Positions 38,573-49,582 of a DNA stretch of 64,000 bases are shown here, piece by piece; position 1 is the first letter of the stretch, and each line of letters opens with the position of its first letter. The notes beneath the pieces are model-generated. The model did not search any database, was not told the DNA's origin, and worked only from the letters and a program-made list of their open reading frames with translations. Source of the stretch: Squalus acanthias. Lineage: Eukaryota. Position numbers and translations under genes: made by a program. The stretch is from NCBI GenBank assembly GCA_030390025.1, contig CM059425.1, forward strand, positions 163,744,001-163,808,000. Reading direction: 5' to 3'.

Positions 38573-39868
38573 ACATGGAAACATAGAAGATAGGAGCAGG
38601 AGTAGGCCATTCGGCCCCTTGAGCCTGCTCCACCATTCGATGAGATCATGGCTGATCATCCAAATTCAGAACCCCGTCCCTGCCTTCTCCCCATATCCCT
38701 TGATACCTTTAGCCTGAAGAAATATAGCTAACTCCTTCTTGAATATATTTACTGACTTGGCCTCAACTGCCTTCTGTGGTAGAGAATTCCACAGGTTCAC
38801 CACTCTCTGGGTGAAGAAATTCATCCTCATCTCAGTCCTAAATGGCTTACCCCTTATCCTTAGACTGTGACCTCTTGTTCTGGACTCACCCGCCATCGGG
38901 AACATCCTTCCTGCATCCAGTCTGTCTAGCCCTGTTAGAATTTTATAAGTTTCAATGAGATCTCCTCTCATTCTTCTAAACTCCAGCGAGTATAAACCCA
39001 ATCGACCCAATCTCTCCTCATACGTCATTCCTGCCATCCCAGGTATCAGTCTGGTAAATCTTCGCTGCACACCCTCCATGGCAAGAACATCCTTCCTCAG
39101 ATAAGGCGACCAAAACTGCATACAATACTCAAGGTGTGGTCTCACCAAGGCCCTGTACAGCTGCAGCAAGACATCCTTGCTCCTGTACTCGAATCCTCTC
39201 GCTATGAAGGCCAACATACCATTTGCCTTCTTAACCGCCTGCTGCACCTGCATGCTTACCTTCGGCGACTGGTGCACAAGGACACCCAGGTCTCGTTGTA
39301 CTTCCCCTTTTCCCAATCTATTGCCGTTCAGATAATAATCTGCCTTTCTGTTTTTGCCACCAAAGTGGATAACCTCGCATTTATCCACATTATACTGCAT
39401 CTGCCATGCTTCTGCCCAATCACCCAACCTGTCCAAATCATACTGGAGTTTCTCGGCAGCCTCCTCGCAGCACACACGCCCACCCAGCTTTGTGTCATCT
39501 GCAAACTTGGAGATATTACATCTAGTTCCCTCGTCTAGATCATTAATATATATTGTGAATAGCTGGGGTCCTAGCACCGACCCCTGCGGTACCCCACTAG
39601 TCACTGCCTGCCACTCGGAAAAAGACCCATTTATTCCAACTCTTTGCTTCCTGTCTGCCAACCAGTTCTCTATTCAAGTTAGTACCTTACCCCCAATCCC
39701 ATGTGCCTTAACTTTACACGCTAATCTCTTATGCGGGACCTTATCGAAAGCCTTCTGAAAGTCCAAATACACCACATCCACTGGTTCTCCCTTATCTATT
39801 CTATCAGTTACATCCTCAAAAAATTCCAGTAGATTAGTCAAGCACGATTTACCTTTTGTAAATCCATG
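38573..39868 (-). mobile_element. Young 5'-truncated CR1 (copy G) with uninterrupted 331-aa RT C-terminal frame
   Basis: ORF 38666..39661 with [10 protein letters not shown] and [10 protein letters not shown]; 3' tail at 38573-38600. Confidence 0.95.
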
Positions 39869-39869
39869 T

Positions 39870-42800
39870 GCTGATGGATGGAAGGAGGTGCTTGCTTTTC
39901 TTAACTTCTCCCGCAGAGCGGCGGCGGACCTGAGCGGGAGCAGACCGAGGCCCGAGAGCGGGGATAAAAGCAGCAGCAGACCTGCATCAACAAGAGAAAA
40001 CGACAGTGTGACATCACAGGTAAGGCAGGTAAGTGATTGGTAGTGACTGTGTGCTAAGTTTTAAGTTAACATATAACTAAATTTTAAAAACTAAACTTAT
40101 TTTAATTAATTTAATAAACTAAACATGTAAATGATTTGATTAATACTAAACTAATTAATTAAACAAATAAAATAATGGAAGAACAAGAGATGTGTTGCTG
40201 CTGCAATATGTGGGAGCTTGTGGATATTTTTGTCCAGGGCAACTACATCTGCGGTAAGTGTTTGCGGCTCGAGGAACTTCGGCTCCGAGTTGAGGAGCTG
40301 GAGTCTGAGCTGCAGACATTGCGAGACATCAGGGAGGGAGAAAGTTACCTGGACCTTTTGCTCCAGGAGGCAGCCACACCCCTTAGATTAAATACTTTCG
40401 AAGTGACATGTGGTCAGGGACAGGAGGGTGTGACTGCGAGTGAGACAGGTACGGGGATCCAGGAGTTAGTATTCCAGGAGCCTCAGTCCCTGCACTTGTC
40501 CAATAGATTCGAGGTTCTTGCAACCCTTGTAGACCAGTGCGGGGACTGCGGGGAGGACGAGCAAACTGACCACAGCACCATGGTACAGGAAGCCGTTCAA
40601 ATGGGGGGAAGTAAAAAGGAAGGTGGTTGTAGTCGGTGACAGTATAGTTAGGGGGATAGACACTGTTCTCTGTAGCCAGGAGCGTGAGTCCCGAAGGCTA
40701 TGTTGCCTACCCAGTGCCAGGGTAAAGGACATCTCCTCCGGGCTGGAGAAGAACTTGGAGTGGGAGGGGGAGGATCCAGTTGTCGTGGTCCACGTAGACA
40801 CCAACGACATAGGTAGGACAAAGAAAGAGGTTCTGCTGAGAGAGTTTGAGCAGCTAGGGACTAAATTTAAAAAGCAGAACCACAAAGGTCATAATCTCTG
40901 GGTTATTACCGGAGCCACGAGCAAATTGGTACAGGGTCAATGGGATCAGGAAGATGAATGCGTGGCTCAAAGATTGGTGTGGGAGAAGTGGGTTTCGATT
41001 CGTGGGGCACTGGCACCAGTACTGAGGAAAGAGAGAGCTGTTCCGTTGGGACGGACTACACCTGAACCATGCTGGGACCAGAGTTCCAGCGAATCGAATA
41101 ACTAGGGAGGTAGATAGGGCTTTAAACTAAATAAGGCGGCGAGGGGGTGGGGGGAGGGTCCTGGTGGAGAGAAATCTAGAATGCTAAAGAGAAAAGACAA
41201 GGAAGCAGTGCAGGAAAGTGATTGGGGTAAGGATAACCAGATTGTGTCAGGAAGGGACAGAGCGTACAAACAAAGGATTACACTAACAAATAGGGTCCGG
41301 GGAAGAAAAAATGGTAATAAGACAAATAGGGCCATAGTACAAAAAAAGTTAAGACGTCTAAAAATGTTAAAAAGACAAATCTAAAGGCACAAAGCATTCG
41401 TAATAAGGTAGACGAATCAACAGCATAAATAGATGTAAACGGATACGATATAATTGCAATTACAGAGACATAGCTGCAGGGTGACCAAGGCTGGGAGCTG
41501 AATATCCAAGGATATTCGATATTTATAAAGGGCAGGCAAAATAGAAAAGGAGGTGGGGTGGCCTTGTTAGTAAAGGATGAAATCAGAGCAATAGTGAGAA
41601 AGGATATTGGCTCAGAAATTAAAGATGTAGAATCAGTCTGGGTGGAGCTAAGAAGCACCAAGGGGCAGAAAACATTGGTGGGAGTTGTCTATAGGCCTCC
41701 AAACAGTAGTGGTAATGTAGGGGATGGCATCAAACAGGAAATTAGAGATGCATGTAACAAAGGTACTACAGTAATCATGGGTGACTTTAATCTACATATA
41801 GACTGGCCAAACCAAATTAGCAATAATACTGTGGAGGATGAATTCCTGGAGTGTGTACGAAATGGTTTTTTAGACCAGTACGTTGAGGAGCCAACTAGGG
41901 AACAGGCTATCCAAATTGGGTATTGTGCAATGAGAAGGGGTTAATTAATAATCTTGTTGTGAGGGGTCCTTTAGGGAAGAGTGACCATAACATGTTAGAA
42001 TTCTTCATTAAAATGGAAAGTGAAGAAGTCCAATCCGAAACTAGGGTCCTAAATCTAAACAAAGGAAACTACGATGGTATGAGGAGTGAGTTGGCTATGA
42101 TAGATTGGAGAGCTTCATTAAAAGGCATGACGGTGGATAGGCAATGGCTAACATTTAAGGAACGAATGCATGAATTGCAACATTCCTTTCTGGCGCAAAA
42201 ACACAAAAGGAAAAGCGGCCTAACCATGGCTAACAAAAGAAATTAAGGATAGTATTAGATCCAAAGAGGAGTCATATAAAGTTGCCAGAAAAAGTAGCAA
42301 GCCTGAGGATTGGGAGCAGTTTAGAGTTCAGCAAAAAAGGACCAAGAGATTGATTAAGAGGGGAAAAATAGAGTATGAGAGTAAACTTGCAAGGAACATA
42401 AAAGCAGATTGTAAAAGCTTCTACAAGTATGTAAAAAGAAAAAGATTAGTGAAGACAAATGTAGGTCCCTTACAGTCAGAAATGGGAGAATTTATAATGG
42501 GAACAAGAAAATGGCAGAGCAATTAAACAAATACTTTGGTTCTGTCTTCACGGAAGAGGACACAAATAACTTCCCAGGAATGCTAGGGAACCAAGGGTCT
42601 AGTGAGAAGGAGAAATTAAAGGAAATTAGTATTAGTAAAAAAATAGTGCTGGAGAAATTAATGGGACTGAAAGCTAATAAATCCCCAGGGCCTGATAATC
42701 TGCATCCCAGAGTACTAAAAGAGGTAGCCATGGAAATAGTGGATGCATTGGTTGTCATCTTCCAAAATTCTATAGATTATGGAACAGTTCCTGCAGATTG

Positions 42801-45015
42801 GAGGGTGGCAAATGTAACCCCACTATTTAAAAAAGGAGGGAGAGAGAAAACCGTGAACTACACATCAGTAGTAGGGAAAATGCTAGAGTCTATTATAAAG
42901 GATGTGATAACAGGACACTTAGAAAATATCAACGGGATTAGACAAAGTCAACATGGATTTATGAAAGGGAAATTGTGTTTGACAAACCTACTGGAGTTTT
43001 TTGAGGATGTAACTCGTAGAATAGATAAGGGAGAACCAGTGGATGTGGTGTATTTGGATTTTCAGAAGGCTTTTGATAAAGTCCCACATAAGAGGTTAGT
43101 GTGCAAAATTAAAGCACATGGGATTGGGGATAATATACTGGCATGGATTGAAAATTGGTTAACAGACAGGAAACAGACAGTAGGAATAAATGGGTCTTTT
43201 TCAGGGTGGCAGGCGGTGACTAGTGGGTTACCGCAGGGATCAGTGCTTGGGCCCCAGCTATTTACAATGGCCCAGAAATTAAACATGGATGGTTCCCGCG
43301 GGGGTAAGGATTCCCCGCGATATCGCACTCCGCGACTACCTTTTTGCTCCGGGCCCACACGAACTTTAGTTTCAAAGGCTCTCTCTGTTGGAACCGTGCA
43401 GTGCTTGCGTGACCCAGAGGCGCAATTAGTTCGTGCGAGCTCTGGGATCATGTGATTCAGGTGGAGCCAATGGCAGCACACCATCTTTCATTCATAGTTT
43501 TGACGGCAAGAGCTGTCAAAGCTATGAATACTACACACCCCCAAAAGAACAGCTAAACCTCAATTAAATTAAAAAAAAAAGCCATCACATTAATAAAATA
43601 AGTATAGTTAAATAAATTAACCACTTTAAACAAAAAATTAAATTTTTGAAAAAATTTAAAATCTTTTTAAAAGTTATAAAAATAAACTTACCTTTCTTTA
43701 AATCTCTAGAAAAGATAAACCTGTTGAAAAAAATTTAAAATAACACTTAATTAACTACTTACCTTGTTAAAAGGGGGTCCTACGCCTGCTTTCTTTGTGT
43801 GTAAAATCTTCACCACTTACCTGCGCGTTCAAAGCTGGAAAAAAAACTAAGTGCACTGCGTGCGCACAGCCTGTAATGCGCACGCGGTTCACTTAGGAAC
43901 CGCCCCCTTTTCAATTCACGAAGTGCCGGTTTCCCGCGCATGCGCAGTGCATGCAGGAAACCGGCAATTCGGGATCTAATACGCGAGAGTACACAATGCG
44001 TACTCTCGCGTATTAGGTTTAATTTCGGGCCAATATATACAATGATTTGGATGAGGGAACCAAATGTAATATTTCCAAGTTTGCTGATGACACAAAACTA
44101 GGTGGGATTGTGAGTTGTGAGGAGGATGCAAAGAGGCTTCAAGGCGATTTAGACAAGTTGAGTGAGTGGGCAAATACATGGCAGATGCAGTATAATGTGG
44201 ATAAATGTGAAGTTATCCACTTCGGTAGGAAAAACAGAAAGGTAGAGTATTATTTAAATGGTGCTAGATTGGGAAATGCTGATGTACAAAGGGACCAGGG
44301 TGTCCTTGTACACCAGTCACTGAAAGCAAACATGCAGGTGCAGCAAGCAGTTAGGAAGGCAAATGGTATGTTGGCCTTCATTGCAAGAGGATTTGAGTAC
44401 AGGAGCAAGGATATCTTACTACAGTTGTACAGGGCCTTGGTGAGACCACACCTGGAGTACTGTGTGCAGTTTTGGTCTCCTTACCTAAGAAAGGATATAC
44501 TTGCCATAGAGGGAGTGCAACGAAGGTTCACCAGACTGATTCCTGGGCTGGCAGGACTGTCGTATGAGGAGAGATTGGGTCGACTAGGCCTGTATTCACT
44601 AGAGTTTAGAAGAATGAGAGGGGATCTCATTGAAACGTATAAAATTCTGACAGAGCTAGACAGACTGGATGCAGGGAGGATGTTTCCCCTGGTTGGGGGG
44701 TCTAGAACGAGGGGTCACAGTCTCAGGATACGGGGTAGGACATTTCGGACTGAGATGAGGAGAAATTTCTTCACTCAGAGGGTGGTGAACCTGTGGAATT
44801 CTCTACCACAGATGGCTATGGAGGCCAAGTCACTGAATATATTTAAGAAGGAGATAGATTTCTAGACACAAAAGGCATCAGGGGGTATGGGGAGAGAGCG
44901 GGTATATGGTATTGAGATAGAGGATCAGCCATGATCATATTGAATGGCGGAGCAGGCACGAAGGGCCGAATGGCCTACTCCTGCCCCTATTTTTCTATGT
45001 TCTACTTTTCTATGA
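39870..45015 (+). mobile_element. Full-length decayed CR1 LINE (copy H), interrupted by a MITE
   Basis: ORF1 40175-41130 (CxxC..CxKC, coiled coil, GDS/TND esterase); APE ~41380-42010; RT 42511-44865; 3' tail TTTCTATG. Confidence 0.95.
43269..44031. mobile_element. Harbinger-type MITE (763 bp) inserted in the RT of copy H
   Basis: TIR GGCCCAGAAATTAAAC / GTTTAATTTCGGGCC, TSD AAT. The RT peptide QLFT|IY.NDLDEG is restored on removal. Confidence 0.92.
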
Positions 45016-45038
45016 ACTATGGCCCAGCAGAAATCAAT

Positions 45039-47400
45039 GGGCTAGAAATTCATTATTGCCCAGGAATGGGTGGTATGTTTAGAAAAATTTGAGAATTAGC
45101 GCCAGGCGCCAATGCATTAGACTGCATGCAAAATTCATTCTCACTGCTCAAAGAAATGATTGGGGCGCTAAATCAAGTCTTAAAGGCCTAGCTCAGTGAT
45201 ATTACACTCAAAGGGTGGATCAATATCGGGTGCAGTCTAATCTCAACTCATCGGCCACAATCTTACCTGAGGAGGCGCGTTGGGAGTGGGACTGCTGGTT
45301 TCCGGGTTCTAGTCCCACCCCCAGCGACGTCTGACGAACAGACGCTATTTTCTCTTGATTAGCCTTGTTAAGCCCGATCTGCGGGCTTGCCGGCCAATTA
45401 AGGGAAAGCCAGTGTCAGATGACGTCAGTGCATGACGCTTCATCTGCTGGTTTTCTTAAAGGGATAGGCCCCATAATTTTTTGACAGATGAACTGTCAGT
45501 GTTTGACAGCATTGAGGTGCTGTCAAACACTGATAATCACTGTCCAAAGGTGAGCCCTTGCCCCCAGGCTCACCAATGACTCTCTCTTTAGGAGAAAACA
45601 GATGGCAGCTGCATGTGAGATTGAAGAAGCCATCTGTCAATTCTCCCGATCAGATGAGGCTTCACAGAAACATCAAATCTTGTCACCTGCAGATACATAT
45701 AAATAAATAAAAATATTTCTCACTGCATTCTGTCACCTGTCATACTTATCTGTGCACCATTGCACCCATCACACTACCTCTGCAACTGTCATTTGCACAC
45801 TTACACTGCAGCAGACCCACAGCTCGCCTCGCTGACCTTGGCAGGGTTCGGGAAGACCGTATCAGCAGGCGGAAAATGGTGAAAAGCCTCTTAACTGCCT
45901 TTTAACTACCTGTTAACAGGCAGTTAATTGGCTCTAATCCCCTTCCCGCCGCTAGGAGACGGGTCCCTGCGCGAGTCGGGGACCCACCTCCTGGGAAGAT
46001 GGTTCGGAGGCGGGTTGGGAGCGAGGTTGGGACCCGCTCCCAATATTTCCCATTTTCCCAGCAGTCCCGCCTCCAAACCCGCCTCCTCAGGGCTGGGAAA
46101 ATTCCTGCCATCATTGCCACAGACTTTTCCCAGCACTTAAAGGGGAGGTTCATTGATACTGCAGCACCTCATTCTCAGCATTGCTGGCTGTGCAACTGCC
46201 TCAGCAAGGAGAAGCACAACAAGGAGAAGGAGCTGGAGGACTGAAGCAGGTGTGCTCATGGCAGATCCATCTCAGTTGGGTAGTCAAGGTGATTGAATGC
46301 TTCAACAAATGCTACATACCACCATCTGTACCACAAGCTTCACACACTATCCAAAGCACTACACCCCCAGTGCTCACCCACCAACAATTTCTACCTACCA
46401 ACACTTACACCCACATCTCACGCCTTGCACACAATGATAGCTATTCAACTATGGCAGGCACAAGGGTCATTAGTTATTAGAATGAATGTGATATGTGTGA
46501 TATGTTCATGCATAAATTTGTTAATGGAGTTTTCAATATTTTGTGGTCTCTCTCATTTCACCTTTGAGCCCAGGAGGACGCTATGTTATGGCACGACACA
46601 GGGATGGTATGATGGGCATGTGGTGAGCAAAAGTCATCCTGGTGTGAGGCAGGAGGTCTGTTTGGAGGAGGTGGCAGAGTTTTGTGACCACCACCTTGGT
46701 GATGCGGAGCCATCTAACACACTGCTCCTCACTTAATTGAAGGTAGGAGAGGTGCTGTCGGAATACCCTCGGAGGGTAAGGCCTCCTGGTGAGAGCCCTG
46801 ATGTCCCTCCTCATCCCTCTGCACACATGTTCCCATATTTCTGGCTGCCTACGCTCCCTCCACTGTAGATCCTGGAGGGCGAGGTGGCGCCAGTACAGCC
46901 CCTATTAATGTTGCTAAGTGTAGCAGTTTGAATCTTTGAACAATAAATGTAGGCACTTTGCACTTGCCAGAACACTGCTGATTTAAAAAGAACCTTGAAA
47001 TTACTCATACAAAGTGATCCACTAGCTGAAACTGACAAGAAGCCACTGAAACTAACCTGCCCTGACAACTGCGAGTGATTAATGCGGATGCCTTTAAATA
47101 ACGTCCCTGGAGCCGGCTTCCATCAGCTGTGCACCTCCTCTCCTTGTCGCTGTCTGGTTGAGGTAAGTGGCAAAAATCAATTTTGCAGATCGGGCGCCCA
47201 GTGAGCGTTGCATGCTCACTGACATCACGATCTGCCTGGCATTGAAGTCCTCGGCGTTCCTCGTACTGGTGGCGCAACAGGGGGTCCAGATTTGCTGTGC
47301 ACCGCTGTATTCGTCTCGCCCCAGCGCTACTGCATCAGCACCCCATTACCACACTCTGCAGGCGCTAACGGGAGGCACTAACCAACTGAATTTTTCCCCC
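45039..47400 (-). mobile_element. Harbinger deletion derivative with transposase N-terminal remnant
   Basis: TIR GGGCTAGAAATTCA / TGAATTTTTCCCCC, TSD AAT; minus-strand YPPRVFRQHLSYLQLSEEQCVRWLRITKVVVTKLCHLLQTDL (46581..46826) resembles Harbinger/HARBI1-like transposase N-termini. Confidence 0.8.
45253..46109. mobile_element. Nested Harbinger-type MITE (857 bp)
   Basis: Imperfect inverted ends (GGCCACAATCTTACCTGAGGAGGCG / CGCCTCCTCAGGGCTGGGAAAATTCCTGCC), TSD ATC. Confidence 0.7.
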
Positions 47401-47639
47401 AATGAGTTCCAGAGAGGAGGAAAAGATTGTTCATAAAACTATAAATGAAAAAGTTACATGTTATGTTTTCTAATAAAAATTAGAATGTTTTATTGAAGGC
47501 ATGATGAAGTGCATTGCTTTATACTGTGAGTTGGACAGAAATAGTGTACTGGAACTTTTACAGCAATTGTGTGGAATAATTGTACCAATTGAATGCTATT
47601 ATCACATGTTTTGCTTGAGCACCACTAAATATATAACTA

Positions 47640-47778
47640 ATACAAAAGCAAAATACTGTGGATGCTGGAAATCTGAAATAAAAACAGAAAATGCTGGAAA
47701 TACTCAGCAGGTCAGGCGGCATCTGTGGAGAGAGAAACAGAGTTAACGTTTCAGGTCGCTGACCCTTCGTCAGAATTC
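47640..47778 (-). mobile_element. Solo Penelope terminal-repeat unit with hammerhead (core 47741-47777)
   Basis: Minus strand AATT CTGACGA AGGGTC AGC GACCT GAAAC GTT AACT; ATATAACTA duplicated at 47631-47639 and 47779-47787. Confidence 0.82.
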
Positions 47779-47792
47779 ATATAACTATATTT

Positions 47793-48551
47793 TGGCCCGT
47801 ATTTTCCGATCGCAGGCCTCCCGCGGGCGGAGGCCTGTGATCTAGAAAAATCTGCGCCCTTACCTGAGGGCTCCCGGGAGGCGCACAGTTCCGATCCTGG
47901 GCCTCTCCAAACTCCAGGTGTGCAGGGCCCACGTATCCCAGAGGCGCAGGCAGTTCACAGCATCCCTGGGATCACGTGGGCCATGGGGAGCCAATCACAG
48001 AAGGGAATCTCCCTTCATACATTTGACAGAAAGACCTGTCAAATATATGAATGGAGATCAATGAAAAAACATAGTAAAACTTTAAATAATTTTTTTTTAA
48101 AAATCACATTTTTAAAATGACTTGAAATTACAATAAATTAAGCATTTTAAACAAAAATTTTATTTTTTGAAAAAAGTAATTAAAGTATTTTTTGGGGCTA
48201 AAAATAAACTTACCTTTTTTTAAAGTATTTTTAACTGATAAATCAGTGAAATTTTTATTTTTTTATTTTTTTCTACTCTTATCCTGGTAAAAGCAGGCCT
48301 TACGCCTGCTTTTACCAGAAGTAAGAATTGTAAGGGTTTTCTGCGGGCGGAGGGTCTCCAAAAAGCAGAACTATCCGCCCGCAGAGGCCCTTCTCCAGGG
48401 CAGCCGGAGGATCTGTCAAGAGGATTCTTGACAGATCGGAAATGCCGGTTTTCAGCGCATGTGCGGTGCATGCCTGAAACCGCCATTTCCGATGTCCCTA
48501 CGGGTGAGTACACAGCGCGTACCTACCCATAGGGATCGGAATATCCGGCCC
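47793..48551. mobile_element. Harbinger-type MITE related to 43269-44031
   Basis: GGCCCGTATTTTCCGATC / GATCGGAATATCCGGCCC ends; same architecture (AT-rich core, AAATAAACTTACC, CCTACGCCTGCTTT-like motif, subterminal hairpins). Confidence 0.8.
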
Positions 48552-49189
48552 TTTATGTCTTCCTGTCAGTATTGTTGAAATCTGGCCTTGTAAAAATGAA
48601 AACTTTTAATTAAAACATGGATTGCATAATTATTTAAATGAATAGAACAAACTTTATTTTCACTATGAAGCATATAGAAAGAGGAAACAGGAAGTATACT
48701 TGACAAGTCTATACTTTGTATCTTTTTCTGGTTACTTTGGAGGGCAACATTTTCTCTTTGGTGCTTTGGGTTTTCCCCAACCACTACATCAATGGAGTTT
48801 AGTGTGGTAGATAGCCACAGAGAAATGAGAGCTTATTTCACTGCAATGTGCCCAAAAAGAGAAACATTTTCGAAAAAAAATCATAGTGGAGTTCTATCTT
48901 GGGCATGATATTAGGTCTGCCGAGCAGCCAAATTGGCTAAATTTCTTTTAAGGTCCTATGCCTTACGTATTGTGTCCTAAACTTTAACGCCACCTTGGAA
49001 GACTTAACTGTGGCTGCAAATGCAAAACAAAAATTCTGCAATTATACAACCATCTTATTCACATATGTTACAAATGCCAGCATTTTTTTTTATCACCACT
49101 CCAAAATCTCTGTGATATTAAAGCATAAAAATGTTCACATACAACCTGTTGTCTGTTTCCCAGAAAGGAAAAATTGAATCACAGTGTAA

Positions 49190-49582
49190 AAAAAAGAATT
49201 TGCATTTATACATCATCTATTATGTACTCGGGATTCCCAAAGAGTTTCACAGCCAATTAATTACTTTTGAACTGTGGTCACTATTATGTAGACAAATGCA
49301 ACAGCCAATTTGCATACAGCAAGTTCCCACAAATAGCAATGAGTTACATGACCAGTTATTATGTTTTTTTGACATTGCTCTTTATCAAATAATGCCATGG
49401 GATGCATTACATCTACTTGAACAGGCAGACAGTCTACAAGCGCATCTGAATAACCTCTAACCATGCAGCACTCTCTTCAATACTACACTGAAGTGACAGC
49501 CTTGCGTTCAAGTCCTAGAGTGAGGCTTGAACACATGGATTTCTGACTCATAATGAGAGTGCTATCATTGAGCCAAGCAGAC
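49190..49582 (-). mobile_element. tRNA-derived SINE with L2-like 3' tail
   Basis: Minus-strand A-box TGGCTCAATGATAG and B-box-like GTTCAAGCC; TTGCATTTATA tail as in local L2 copies. Confidence 0.55.

Noticed and set aside
38573..45015. Twin-priming 5' inversion explaining the G/H head-to-head arrangement
   Set aside because: Both copies have their own RT C-terminus and 3' tail and differ in sequence, so they are two insertions.
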